From contig JAIDRX010000123.1 in the NCBI GenBank assembly GCA_029061495.1, positions 1 through 56,626 on the forward strand: a stretch of DNA of 56,626 bases. The letters run 5' to 3'. The notes below the pieces were generated by a model. The model did not search any database and was not told the DNA's origin. It saw nothing but the letters and a program-made list of their open reading frames with translations. Source of the DNA: Clostridia bacterium (GTDB taxonomy: Bacteria; Bacillota; Clostridia; Christensenellales; Borkfalkiaceae). The translations under genes and the position numbers were made by a program. Shown piece after piece: positions 9,906 to 19,197 of this stretch (position 1 is its first letter; every line of letters begins with the position of its first letter).

Positions 9906-11462
9906 CTAAGAAATCAACGCCAACGGATCTTTCATTATCAAAACCATAACGCTTATAACCTCGGTCAACTCCATCTCGCCGAGAACTTCGTCGTGGGGGT
10001 CGCCGTTCTCTCTCCACTTAACGTGCGTATCCAAATCGGACTTCGTGGGGAACGTAAGTATACCCGCGGCGTCAAGCTCGCGCATCGAAGTATGCTGAGT
10101 GTTTTTGCTGACGTTGGTTATCATAACGCTGATGTTGTTTACAGCGTAAACCTTCTCTTCCTTTACTCCGCTTCCCTCGCTCGTTTCTGCGTATAAAAGA
10201 AGCTTCCACAGCGCGGAAGGCGCACCGTAAGAGTAATACGTATCGTCCTTGTAATCACTGCGTGAAAGCCTGCCCGCGTCTTCTTTGCCCGCTTTAACCA
10301 TAGTGTAGCTTTCGTCCTCGTTTTGCGTATAGTACACGAACGCAGGATCGTATAAAATTTGGCCTTCGCCCAAAGTATAATAGGTTGCGTCTGGGTCGTA
10401 GCAGTTTGTTAAAACTTTATTGTTTTCATCTCTTTCGGTAGGCTTCAGCTTGCCGCAGCTGCCGACAAGCGAATAATCGGTACCGTCAAACGTGTAATAA
10501 ATCCAGTTCTTATGCCAGCCTGCCGCTCCGGTTACAGTGCTTAACTGCGTAGTATCGTCAACAACCTCGTATATAGGGGCTTTGTAAGCCTCTCCGCCTT
10601 CCGCCGCAGCCTCGGACGAATCTATGCAATAAATTTCGTCAACGAAAAGCTGCTGAACGCTGAGCTTGCCTATGTCGCCGGAAAGCGAGTTTATGGTAGA
10701 GTTTTTAACCGAGCCGAGCAGTCTGTCGTCGTCGGCAATATTGACAACGTCGCCGATAGTCAAATCGTTCGTAACACCGTTAATTCTTTGCTTGGAGTTA
10801 CCGAAGGTAAGGTGCGGTACCTCTTGCTTTTCCTCGCCGTCCATATAGTACGCGCCGTCCATTCTGCCTTCGTCGTCAAATTCGACTATGCAGTCATAAA
10901 CGTTGCCTTCTTCGTCCTTGTATTTTGCAACGTACTGATCGTTTTCTTCGTCGTACGTAACTTTTGTAATGCCGTAGCTGAGGTAGCAAAGTATCGCGTT
11001 ATCGGGCGTAGCTGAGACCATATTGCTTATATCTATTCTGTCCTGAAGACTTGAAATAAACGAGCTGAGTTCGCCGAATTTGACTGCGCGCAGTTCTCCG
11101 TCTTCAAGTTTTACGTAATTTGAAAGCGCCGCGTCGAGCTTTTCTACAAGCTTTGCGACCACGGGCAGAAGCTTTTCAACATCTCCGACCGTACGAGAAG
11201 AAAAGTCCGTGGTAAGCTCCGTTATCTTTTTAACAAGCCCCAAAACGTTATTTGCGCCGCCGTTTGACGAGTCGCCGTTTATGTAAACGTAATTGCCGTC
11301 ACTGTCCCTGTTGCCGGGAATTTTAGATATTTTGTAATTTAAAGCGTAGATTACAACGCCCGCTATAGCTCCGCCGAGAATTATCAGCGCAAGTAAAAAC
11401 CCGAGTATAAAAGCGAGTATAGGGTGCATTCCGTGCCGTCTTGAACTGTTTGCCATATTCAT
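9906..11462 (-). CDS. hypothetical membrane-anchored protein (N-terminal TM, large extracytoplasmic domain)
   Basis: 518-aa ORF. GGAG abuts the first ATG, so the ATG at 11456 (M3) is the more likely start. One TM (ILAFILGFLLALIILGGAIAGVVIYAL). No recognisable domain. Confidence 0.7.
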   Translation of the reverse strand: MNMANSSRRHGMHPILAFILGFLLALIILGGAIAGVVIYALNYKISKIPGNRDSDGNYVYINGDSSNGGANNVLGLVKKITELTTDFSSRTVGDVEKLLPVVAKLVEKLDAALSNYVKLEDGELRAVKFGELSSFISSLQDRIDISNMVSATPDNAILCYLSYGITKVTYDEENDQYVAKYKDEEGNVYDCIVEFDDEGRMDGAYYMDGEEKQEVPHLTFGNSKQRINGVTNDLTIGDVVNIADDDRLLGSVKNSTINSLSGDIGKLSVQQLFVDEIYCIDSSEAAAEGGEAYKAPIYEVVDDTTQLSTVTGAAGWHKNWIYYTFDGTDYSLVGSCGKLKPTERDENNKVLTNCYDPDATYYTLGEGQILYDPAFVYYTQNEDESYTMVKAGKEDAGRLSRSDYKDDTYYSYGAPSALWKLLLYAETSEGSGVKEEKVYAVNNISVMITNVSKNTQHTSMRELDAAGILTFPTKSDLDTHVKWRENGDPHDEVLGEMELTEVISVMVLIMKDPLALIS

Positions 11463-11504
11463 CTCCGCGCTTTAAAAATTTAAGCGCATTTTTTTCTATA
11501 TTAT

Positions 11505-11513
11505 ATTATAACA
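11505..11513 (-). promoter_or_regulatory. extended -10 element (TGTTATAAT) upstream of the 518-aa gene
   Basis: Minus strand reads TGnTATAAT about 45 nt upstream of the start. No good -35 box. Confidence 0.35.
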
Positions 11514-11547
11514 TACCGCAAAAATCAACCTTTTACGGCAGTCAATA

Positions 11548-12900
11548 TTATCCTTTAACCGCACACAAAGACAATGCGCGTTTTATTAAAAATTGCTTTT
11601 CATTGTACGAAGGATTTACCGCGCACTCCTCTAAAAGGAATTGCAAAACCTCTCCCGTCTTTGCCGCGGGAACGCCCGCCTCTATCAGCTCGTTTCCGCG
11701 CACGTCGAGCCCCTTTAAATCTAAGGGCGCGCCCTCGTCCTGCATTTTTTTATATATCGCCTTCCACTTGGTTACGGTAGGGGCTTCGGTCAAATCGTCG
11801 CGGCAAGCCGAAAAGTCTGCCTGCTTTAAAAAAAGCAGTTTTTCTAAGTACGACAGATTTCTCACTATAAACCTTCGTACCTTTATCTCGCGTGCGTCGA
11901 GACTGAAATCGTACATATGAAGTGCGGCAAGCTTTGCAACTTCGTCCGCAAGCTTTTTAGGCGCTTTTAGCCTGTGCAGAACATCCGCGCTTATTCTCTC
12001 GCTTTCAACCTCGTGTCCGTGATAGTTGCCGTTCGTTTTCATGCAGTACGGCTTTCCTATATCGTGCATAAGCGCGGCAAGACGGACAGAACCGTCCGCG
12101 TATTTTACGGCGCGTAAAGAGTGCTCTAAAACGTCATGATAGTGAAACTCCGCTCTCTGCGCCATTCCCCTGCCAAGGGTAAGCTCTGGTAAAATTACAT
12201 CTAAAACGCGCGTATCGTCCAAAATTTTAAACCCTGCGTACTGCGCATATTTTACGCCGTATTTTTCGTCGGAGTGCAAAATTGCGTTAAGCTCCGCATA
12301 CACCCTTTCAGCCGAGCAGTCGGCAATGAGCTTTGCATTTCTCTTTGCACCGTCAAGGCAGTCGGCAGTCGGAATAAACCCCGTCTGCGCGGACTGGCGC
12401 GCAAGCCGCATTAATCTGAGTCCGTCCTCACCGAAAACTTTTTCTGCCTCCGCAACTGTAGATATTCGCTTATTTTGGATATCGTCAATTCCGCCGAGGG
12501 GGTCGGAAAAGCTTTCCCCCTTTATATCGTAATAGACCGCGTTGCACTTAAAATCGCGGCGGCGTGCGTCAAGGTAAATGTCGTCCGTGAAAAAGGTTTT
12601 AACGGGATTATGAACTCCGCGGACGTACTCGTCAGAGCGGAAAGAGGCAAACTCGTACTCCTCGCCCTCTAACGAAAGTTTAACCGTACCCGTGTTGCGG
12701 TAAACCGCGTTTACGGTTGCACCGCACTTTTTTGCCGCTGAACAGAACTCGTCCGCTGAAACGGGCGCGCAGATATCTATATCGCAGTTTTCAGACTTTA
12801 ACCCAGCAAGCGCGTCGCGGACGTACCCCCCCACGACGTACAGCGGAAAGGGGCAGCTATTAGCTAAGTTTTTAAGTTTTTCGGGCAAAGTTATTTTCAT
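11548..12900 (-). CDS. cca: CCA-adding tRNA nucleotidyltransferase with HD domain
   Basis: N-terminal GG.VRD...DIDI polymerase-beta motif and a central HD domain (HDIGK). Confidence 0.85.
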   Translation of the reverse strand: MKITLPEKLKNLANSCPFPLYVVGGYVRDALAGLKSENCDIDICAPVSADEFCSAAKKCGATVNAVYRNTGTVKLSLEGEEYEFASFRSDEYVRGVHNPVKTFFTDDIYLDARRRDFKCNAVYYDIKGESFSDPLGGIDDIQNKRISTVAEAEKVFGEDGLRLMRLARQSAQTGFIPTADCLDGAKRNAKLIADCSAERVYAELNAILHSDEKYGVKYAQYAGFKILDDTRVLDVILPELTLGRGMAQRAEFHYHDVLEHSLRAVKYADGSVRLAALMHDIGKPYCMKTNGNYHGHEVESERISADVLHRLKAPKKLADEVAKLAALHMYDFSLDAREIKVRRFIVRNLSYLEKLLFLKQADFSACRDDLTEAPTVTKWKAIYKKMQDEGAPLDLKGLDVRGNELIEAGVPAAKTGEVLQFLLEECAVNPSYNEKQFLIKRALSLCAVKG

Positions 12901-12976
12901 TTATTTTATTATACCAACTTTTTAAATTATTTGCAATTATTAAAGAAATGATATATAATGATTTAAAATTTACCTT

Positions 12977-14044
12977 ATGATAGAAAAGTATTACAGGCGC
13001 ATAATCGATAGCGTCCCTTCGGCTGTTATAGTCGTAGACCAAAACTTTAAAGCCGTGTTTACCAACGCGGCGTTCCGCGCGCTTTTCCCCGCGAACAAGT
13101 CGAAGCTTTCCCTCGGCGGCGCAACCTGCTGCGAGGCGGCGGCTTCGCGCTGCGGCGGAGAAAATTGCCGCGGCTGTTTTCTGTACGACGCATTTGACGA
13201 CGCGTTCTGCTCAAACAAGCCAGTAAGCCGCAGAATTTACCAGAAGGTCCGCACCGACGGACTTTGCCACGACGTATCTTACTCGATAACGGTTACCCCC
13301 CTCGGCGGCGGACTGTGTATGGGGACGATAGACGACGCGTACGAGCTTGAAATTGCAAAAGAGTTGCAAACGGCAAAGAGCATACAGCAAAAGCTTTTGC
13401 CCGCGGGTAACTGGGCGGGAGGCAAAAGATACTCCTACACATACATTCCCTGCCGCGACATCGGCGGAGATTTGCCCGACGTTTACACGGTTGACGGCTC
13501 TGCATGCGGTATGATAGCCGACGTTTCGGGCAAGGGGATTTCGGCGGGAATGCTTTCGGCTTTCGTAAAAGCCGCGTACGATAAAAAGCAGTATTCGCCC
13601 GCAAAGGCTATAAGTAATTTAAGCGCGAAGTTTTCCGAGCTTAACCTTGACGAAAGAAATTACGTTACTGTTGCCGCCGTGAGAATAGATAAAGACAGCA
13701 TCACCTACTCTATGGCCGGACACAACGTACCCATACTTTTAAAGACGGACAGCGGAATTACGCGAATAGTTTTAAACTCCCCTCCCGTATCGAACTGGTT
13801 TGACAACCCCTCGTACTTCGAGGACGTTATACCCTACAAGCCGGGCGACATTCTCGTGCTGTTGACCGACGGCGTTACGGAGTGTAAAAACGCGAAGGGC
13901 GAAATGTTCGGCGCGGACGGCGCGATAAAGACCCTTTCAGTATCGCGCACGGCGGAAGAGTTTATTAAAAACTTAGAGGACAATTTAAAAGCCTTCGGCC
14001 GCGATCTGGACGACGATATCACGGCGATAGCATTCGATTTATAA
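12977..14044 (+). CDS. PAS-like sensor domain fused to a PP2C/SpoIIE-family serine phosphatase
   Basis: C-terminal GGDLPDVY...DVSGKGISAGMLSAF...LLTDGVTE...DDITAIAF motifs of SpoIIE/RsbU phosphatases. The N-terminal PAS-like region carries a Cys cluster. Confidence 0.85.
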   Translation: MIEKYYRRIIDSVPSAVIVVDQNFKAVFTNAAFRALFPANKSKLSLGGATCCEAAASRCGGENCRGCFLYDAFDDAFCSNKPVSRRIYQKVRTDGLCHDVSYSITVTPLGGGLCMGTIDDAYELEIAKELQTAKSIQQKLLPAGNWAGGKRYSYTYIPCRDIGGDLPDVYTVDGSACGMIADVSGKGISAGMLSAFVKAAYDKKQYSPAKAISNLSAKFSELNLDERNYVTVAAVRIDKDSITYSMAGHNVPILLKTDSGITRIVLNSPPVSNWFDNPSYFEDVIPYKPGDILVLLTDGVTECKNAKGEMFGADGAIKTLSVSRTAEEFIKNLEDNLKAFGRDLDDDITAIAFDL

Positions 14045-14053
14045 AACAATATA

Positions 14054-14086
14054 AAACGCCCTTGGACAGTAAGTCCAAGGGCGTTT
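14054..14086. terminator. bidirectional terminator between convergent genes
   Basis: AAACGCCCTTGGAC-AGTAA-GTCCAAGGGCGTTT with T-rich flanks. Confidence 0.8.
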
Positions 14087-14091
14087 AGTTT

Positions 14092-14295
14092 TTAATCAAT
14101 TAATCCCAATAAATAATCCGAGCGGACGTTTAATGCTTTGCAAATGGAAAACAATACTTCCAAAGAAGGTTCTCTTTTGCCTGTACAATAATTGTTTATC
14201 GCCCCTTGCGACATTGATATTTTTTGTGCAAGCGCTGTTTGTGATAAATTGTTTTCTTTTAACGCTTCGGTTAATCTGTCTTTGAATTCGTCCAT
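14092..14295 (-). CDS. XRE-family helix-turn-helix transcriptional regulator
   Basis: 67 aa with LSQTALAQKISMSQGAINNYCTGKREPSLEVL, typical of HTH_3. Confidence 0.85.
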   Translation of the reverse strand: MDEFKDRLTEALKENNLSQTALAQKISMSQGAINNYCTGKREPSLEVLFSICKALNVRSDYLLGLID

Positions 14296-14368
14296 AAGTC
14301 CATTATAAGACCTATGACAATATTTGTCTTAACAAGCGGCTAAAAGCCGTATGTAATAAACAAATTTT

Positions 14369-15007
14369 TTATATCAACTCTTTTATTTTAACAACCGCGG
14401 CGGCGCGGCTTTCCACTCCCATTTTAGAGTAAATTGAGCTTATGTAATTTCTCGCCGTTCCGTCGGAAAGCTTCATTGCCGAAGCTATCTGCCTGTTGGT
14501 AAACCCGTCGCAAAGCATAAGCGCAATTTCAACTTCCCTGTCGGAAAGGTTGAAAGATTTTTTGAGCTTTATTTCCTTGTCGGACGAAACCATCATTGCC
14601 GCGTCCGTAATTTTTTTTGCGATTTTTGAGGGAAGAATAGTATCTCCCGCGTACGCGTTTTTAACCGCGTCTATAAGCGCGTTTGCGCCTATATCCTTTA
14701 AGAGATATCCGCTTGCGCCGTTATTTATCGCGCTTAAAATATAGTCGCTGTCGTCGAAGGTAGTTAAAATTATAATCTTGATATTTTCGTCAATTTCCTT
14801 AATGCGCTTGGTTGCGACAACGCCGTTCATATTGGGCATACGGATATCCATTAAAACGACGTCGGGCTTTGTCTTTTCAACGAGCGAAACCGCCTCTATA
14901 CCGTCCGCCGCAATACCGCATATTTTAAAGTCGTCGCACGTTTCAAGCACGCTTTTAATTCCTTCCGCCAAAATCATCTGGTCGTCAACAAGTAAAATTT
15001 TTATCAT
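14369..15007 (-). CDS. response regulator, NarL/LuxR family
   Basis: Receiver domain (LLVDDQ...DVVLMDIRMP) plus a LuxR-type HTH (LSDREVEIALMLCDGFTNRQIA). Confidence 0.93.
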   Translation of the reverse strand: MIKILLVDDQMILAEGIKSVLETCDDFKICGIAADGIEAVSLVEKTKPDVVLMDIRMPNMNGVVATKRIKEIDENIKIIILTTFDDSDYILSAINNGASGYLLKDIGANALIDAVKNAYAGDTILPSKIAKKITDAAMMVSSDKEIKLKKSFNLSDREVEIALMLCDGFTNRQIASAMKLSDGTARNYISSIYSKMGVESRAAAVVKIKELI

Positions 15008-15010
15008 AAA

Positions 15011-16246
15011 TTACTCCTTATCCTTTTTCTGCGGAAGGGTTATTTCAACCTCGAAGCCCTCTCCCGCCTCGCTTGAAAAATCGCATCTGCCGCCGAACGC
15101 TTCCGCCTTCTCTCTCATTCCTTTAAGTCCGAAGCCCTCGTGCAATTCGCCCTCGGCGCCGCTTCCGTTATCGGAGATAAGAAGGCTTACGTTTGAAAAA
15201 ACCTCTTTAAGCTCTATATAAAAGGCGGTCGCCCTGCCGTGGCGGATACCGTTTGCAAGGCACTCCTTTACGCTGTTGCAAAGATACAGTGCTTCCTCGC
15301 TCCCCACGGTTACGTCCTCTAAATCGCAACGGATTTTAAGCTCGGTACCGTCTATGGTCTGGGCGATAATTTCCTCTATCTCCTCGCGCAAGGGTCTGTT
15401 TTGCTTACGCCCTGCAAGCAGGTGAACGCTGTGCCGCATTTGCTCTAACGCGCTCTTTGCCTGAATGTTTGCGGAAATAATTCTGTTTTTAGCTTCCTCG
15501 GGGTCGCTGTCTATTAAAAGCTTGGCGGCTTCCGTCTGCATTATTACGGTGGTCATCGAGTGTCCCGCGTTGTCGTGTATGTCCTTTGCAATGCGGTTAC
15601 GCTCTTCGAATACCGCCGTCTGCGAAAGCTGTTCGTAAACCTCTTTAAGCTGGGCTTTACTTTCGTCCGCTTCCTTTAAAGCGTTACGAAGCTGTTTGTT
15701 GTTGCTGTAAAAGGCGAGCAAAAAGTTTATTATCGCAAAGTGAACGCCCAAAATAAACACGCCCAAAATACAGTCGCCGAGAATTTGTACAATACTTTGC
15801 ATAAGCGACGCGCCTTTATTTACGGCAACCCAGCCTATGACGTAGGATACGATATAAAGTCCGCAGCTTACTATAAAGAGTATTGTGTTTGACTTTGCTT
15901 CGTCAACCGACAGATAATACTGCGTTAAAACTATGCAGTACATAGTGGACAGGTACGAGTTACCCGTAAGTACGCATATTGCAAGCAGAAGCGCGGACTC
16001 TACCGCAAAGAAAATCATTTTGCCAGCAAAGCTTTTAACTGCGAAAGAGCTTACCGTTTCAAACGCGGCAAGCACTAAGCAGCACGCCACTATAGAAACG
16101 AGCATAGCCGTATCGTGCTTTACGAGATATACGGGAGTATACTGCGCGCAGACGAGTATTTCCATTACAAGCAAAACGCCGATAAGTATTAGCCTGATGT
16201 ACTTTACAAGCTGTTTGTTAAAGTTCAGTTTAAATCCTTTATCCAT
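15011..16246 (-). CDS. sensor histidine kinase (HisKA_3/NarX-DesK type), polytopic N-terminus
   Basis: About 5-6 TM helices, H-box RNRIAKDIHDNAGH and a HATPase_c region (NGIRH...DNGSG...GFGLKGM). Confidence 0.92.
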   Translation of the reverse strand: MDKGFKLNFNKQLVKYIRLILIGVLLVMEILVCAQYTPVYLVKHDTAMLVSIVACCLVLAAFETVSSFAVKSFAGKMIFFAVESALLLAICVLTGNSYLSTMYCIVLTQYYLSVDEAKSNTILFIVSCGLYIVSYVIGWVAVNKGASLMQSIVQILGDCILGVFILGVHFAIINFLLAFYSNNKQLRNALKEADESKAQLKEVYEQLSQTAVFEERNRIAKDIHDNAGHSMTTVIMQTEAAKLLIDSDPEEAKNRIISANIQAKSALEQMRHSVHLLAGRKQNRPLREEIEEIIAQTIDGTELKIRCDLEDVTVGSEEALYLCNSVKECLANGIRHGRATAFYIELKEVFSNVSLLISDNGSGAEGELHEGFGLKGMREKAEAFGGRCDFSSEAGEGFEVEITLPQKKDKE

Positions 16247-16947
16247 TTTATCACGTTTTCAAGCCCGAGTTCTGTGCGGAGCCTGTCTATTACGCCCGCC
16301 ATCTGATAGCTGAAAATATTATCGTCGCCGGCGTAAATTATGTGGTCTAAAAGTTGTACGTTATTGAAGCAGCAGATAAGCTGCATTTCCTTAGTAAAAA
16401 CGTCGTCCTCGTCCGAGGGATAATGATTACCGTTTAAGTGGTTGTGCGCGACGAGTATTCCGTGCGGCTTTGCAAGGGCAATGGCGCGGACAATTTCGTC
16501 CGCGGTTGCGGTAACCCTGTTTCTTTCCGCAGTAGTGAAAGAGTGTACGCGGAAAACCCTGCCGCTCTTTTCGGTAAAGTAAAGCTCTAAATGCTCTTCA
16601 CTCTTTCCGCGAAGGCGCATAGATACAAGCTTTTTGCAGTCGCCGAAGTTTTTTAAGAGGGCAAGCCCTTCCACTTCCTTTATGCGCTTTAAACACTGCC
16701 CGACGACGCGGATATAGTAAGCCGTCTGCTCGCCGATACCCTCGACGGTCATCAGCTCTTCAACGCTTGCGTTTACTATGTTGTGGATAGTACAGAACCT
16801 GTCTAAAAGCGCGTGGGCAAGCGGGTTGGTGTTTTTGCGCTGAAACGCGTTGAATAAAAGCATTTCCACGACTTCGTGGTCGTACAGAACGGAATTTTCG
16901 TCCTCGAGCCGCGCGCAAATGCGTTTTCTGTGTCCGTCGTGCAACAT
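16225..16947 (-). CDS. radC: RadC-family JAB/MPN domain protein
   Basis: HhH region (VEGIGEQTA) and JAMM motif HNHLNGNHYPSDED. The 3' end overlaps the kinase start by 22 nt. Confidence 0.85.
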   Translation of the reverse strand: MLHDGHRKRICARLEDENSVLYDHEVVEMLLFNAFQRKNTNPLAHALLDRFCTIHNIVNASVEELMTVEGIGEQTAYYIRVVGQCLKRIKEVEGLALLKNFGDCKKLVSMRLRGKSEEHLELYFTEKSGRVFRVHSFTTAERNRVTATADEIVRAIALAKPHGILVAHNHLNGNHYPSDEDDVFTKEMQLICCFNNVQLLDHIIYAGDDNIFSYQMAGVIDRLRTELGLENVIKWIKDLN

Positions 16948-16981
16948 TTTATCACCAAATAAATTTTTTTGCTGATTTTAT

Positions 16982-17010
16982 TTTACCATAAAAAATAAAA
17001 AGTGTATAAT
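16982..17010 (+). promoter_or_regulatory. putative promoter of the M20 peptidase gene
   Basis: TTTACC-17 nt-TATAAT. The -10 box overlaps the GTG at 17002, which argues for the ATG at 17044 as the true start. Confidence 0.5.
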
Positions 17011-17043
17011 GATTTTGATAACAATTTTAAATCGGGTAAATTT

Positions 17044-18294
17044 ATGGATATTTTAAACGATATAAAAAAGACTATTTCTGATATAGTGAAGTACGACTCT
17101 TCGCAATATCCCCCCGTTAAAAGCATGCCCTTCGGAAAGGGCGCGGCGGACTGCCTTAAATACTTTTTATCGCTTGCCTCGTCGTTCGGGTTTGAAGTAA
17201 AAAATTACGACAACTACGCGGGCGAGGTTATTTTCGGCAGCGGCGAGGAATTTGCAATTCTTGCGCACCTCGACGTAGTTCCCGCGGGCAGCGGCTGGAC
17301 GCACGAGCCCTTCGGCGGAGAAATAGATTCGGCACACGGCAGAATCTGGGGCAGGGGAACTATGGACGACAAGGGCCCCGCCGTTATCGCGCTGTATTGC
17401 CTTAAAGCCTTGAAGGACGAGGGATTCGTGCCCAAGAAAAAAATTAAACTTATCGTGGGCTGTAACGAGGAAAACGGTTGGGAGTGCATTAAGTACTACA
17501 CCTCTCACGCGCATATGCCCGAGGTCGGTTTTTCGCCCGACGCGGACTTCCCCGTAATTTACGCCGAAAAAGGAATTTTACAGCTTGCGCTTAAATTTAA
17601 TGTAAACGCAGACTTTACGGGACTTTGCGGCGGCGAACGCGCAAATATGGTCTGCGACTATTGCGAAGTAGTTGCGCCCGGGGATAAGGCAAAGCTTAAA
17701 AAATATAATCTTGCCTATGCGGACGGTAAAGTTATATCCAAGGGAAAAAGCGCGCACGGCTCCACGCCCGAGCTCGGTAAAAACGCTATCGCGTCCGTGC
17801 TCGAATATCTCGGTCTGACTCAAATGCACTCGCTTTTATTTTGCGACGGATTTAATCTTTGCAAATTGCAGGACGTTACAGGCAAGCTTACATTCTCCCC
17901 CGACGTAATCACTCAAAGCGGAAACGAAATTTTGGTTATATGCGATATACGTTACCCCGCAACTTTTGAAAGGGCGCAGGTTTTAAGCGCGATAGAAAAG
18001 CGGGGCGTGCCGTATGAAATTTTACACGAGCAGTTGCCCCTTTACAACAACAAGGACTGTGAGCTTATAAGTACGCTTTGCGCCGTTTATAACGAAGTTA
18101 CGGGCAAACATATGCAGCCGGTTGCAATCGGCGGCGGAACGTATGCGCGCGCGCTCAAATGCGGCGCGGCTTTCGGTCCCGAGGAAGACGGCGAGGAAAG
18201 CACCATTCACAAACCCGACGAATATATCACGTTTGAAAAAATAGAAAAGTGCTTTAAAATTTACAAGCTTGCAATAGAGAGACTTTGTAAATAA
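17044..18294 (+). CDS. M20-family dipeptidase (PepV/Sapep-like)
   Basis: HLDVVPAG...W..PF, GRGTMDDKGP and CNEENG motifs of M20 metallopeptidases. The ORF is open from the GTG at 17002. Confidence 0.88.
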   Translation: MDILNDIKKTISDIVKYDSSQYPPVKSMPFGKGAADCLKYFLSLASSFGFEVKNYDNYAGEVIFGSGEEFAILAHLDVVPAGSGWTHEPFGGEIDSAHGRIWGRGTMDDKGPAVIALYCLKALKDEGFVPKKKIKLIVGCNEENGWECIKYYTSHAHMPEVGFSPDADFPVIYAEKGILQLALKFNVNADFTGLCGGERANMVCDYCEVVAPGDKAKLKKYNLAYADGKVISKGKSAHGSTPELGKNAIASVLEYLGLTQMHSLLFCDGFNLCKLQDVTGKLTFSPDVITQSGNEILVICDIRYPATFERAQVLSAIEKRGVPYEILHEQLPLYNNKDCELISTLCAVYNEVTGKHMQPVAIGGGTYARALKCGAAFGPEEDGEESTIHKPDEYITFEKIEKCFKIYKLAIERLCK

Positions 18295-18301
18295 TATTGT
18301 T

Positions 18302-19156
18302 ATGAAAAGACGCAGGAACCGCAAAATCGTAATAACATCGGTAATTGCCGCGATAATGAGCGTGGTTTTTATCGTATGCACTTTTATGCAGCTTGCGTAC
18401 GTCGTTGCGGATAATATAGAGTGCTGGCGTCCTTCATATGCAAAAATTGACAACTTATCTGAAATATTAGACAAAGCCGAGCTTACGGAAAACGACTATC
18501 AAACGCTTTACGAACAGACGGGTTTAACTCAAATAGGCGTTGACAGAATGTTGCAGCACGGACAGACGGGCAAAGATAAAATCAAAGCGTTGCAAACGCA
18601 GTACTTTGCAGAGCATACCGTTTTGAACGAGCAGTTTGCCCCCTTTACCTGCACCGACTATATTGACGAATTTATCGTGCACTGCTACCTTGAGGAAGGT
18701 GATATACTCGTTACCTCTTCCACCCACTTTTCGGGCTCGCGTATAGGGCATGCGGGACTTGTTACAAGCGCCGCATATTACGGCAATGAAAAAATTCTGC
18801 AATCCAACGCGTACGGCGTACCCTCCTCCCTAGGAGATATAAGGGACTTTAACAACCGCGTAAACTTTATGATATTGCGGCCCAAAGCCGACGCGGAAAC
18901 GAAAAAGCAAGTCGTGCAATACGCCTTGCAAAACCTCGTAGGTTTGAAGTACGACATTGCCGTCGGAGTTTTATCGAACAAAAACAAAATTTCGAAAACT
19001 CACTGCTCACACCTCGTATGGTATGCGTACAAACAGTTCGGCATAGATCTGGACAGTAACGGCGGTTTGGTGGTAACGCCCAAAAATCTAGCAAACTCGC
19101 CTAATGTGGAAATCGTTCAGATTTTCGGCTTCGACCCCGATAAACGTTGGAAATAA
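18302..19156 (+). CDS. membrane-anchored permuted papain-like (NlpC/P60 superfamily, YiiX/C92-like) hydrolase
   Basis: N-terminal TM. 'SRIGHAGLV' followed later by 'THCSHLVWYAY' fits the His-before-Cys permuted arrangement. Family call is tentative. Confidence 0.55.
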   Translation: MKRRRNRKIVITSVIAAIMSVVFIVCTFMQLAYVVADNIECWRPSYAKIDNLSEILDKAELTENDYQTLYEQTGLTQIGVDRMLQHGQTGKDKIKALQTQYFAEHTVLNEQFAPFTCTDYIDEFIVHCYLEEGDILVTSSTHFSGSRIGHAGLVTSAAYYGNEKILQSNAYGVPSSLGDIRDFNNRVNFMILRPKADAETKKQVVQYALQNLVGLKYDIAVGVLSNKNKISKTHCSHLVWYAYKQFGIDLDSNGGLVVTPKNLANSPNVEIVQIFGFDPDKRWK

Positions 19157-19162
19157 AATAAA

Positions 19163-19194
19163 GTGCGGCGGAACGCATATGCGTTCCGCCGCAC
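19163..19194. terminator. perfect 32-bp palindrome, bidirectional terminator
   Basis: GTGCGGCGGAACGCATATGCGTTCCGCCGCAC between convergent genes, with A/T-rich flanks. Confidence 0.8.
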
Positions 19195-19197
19195 CTT

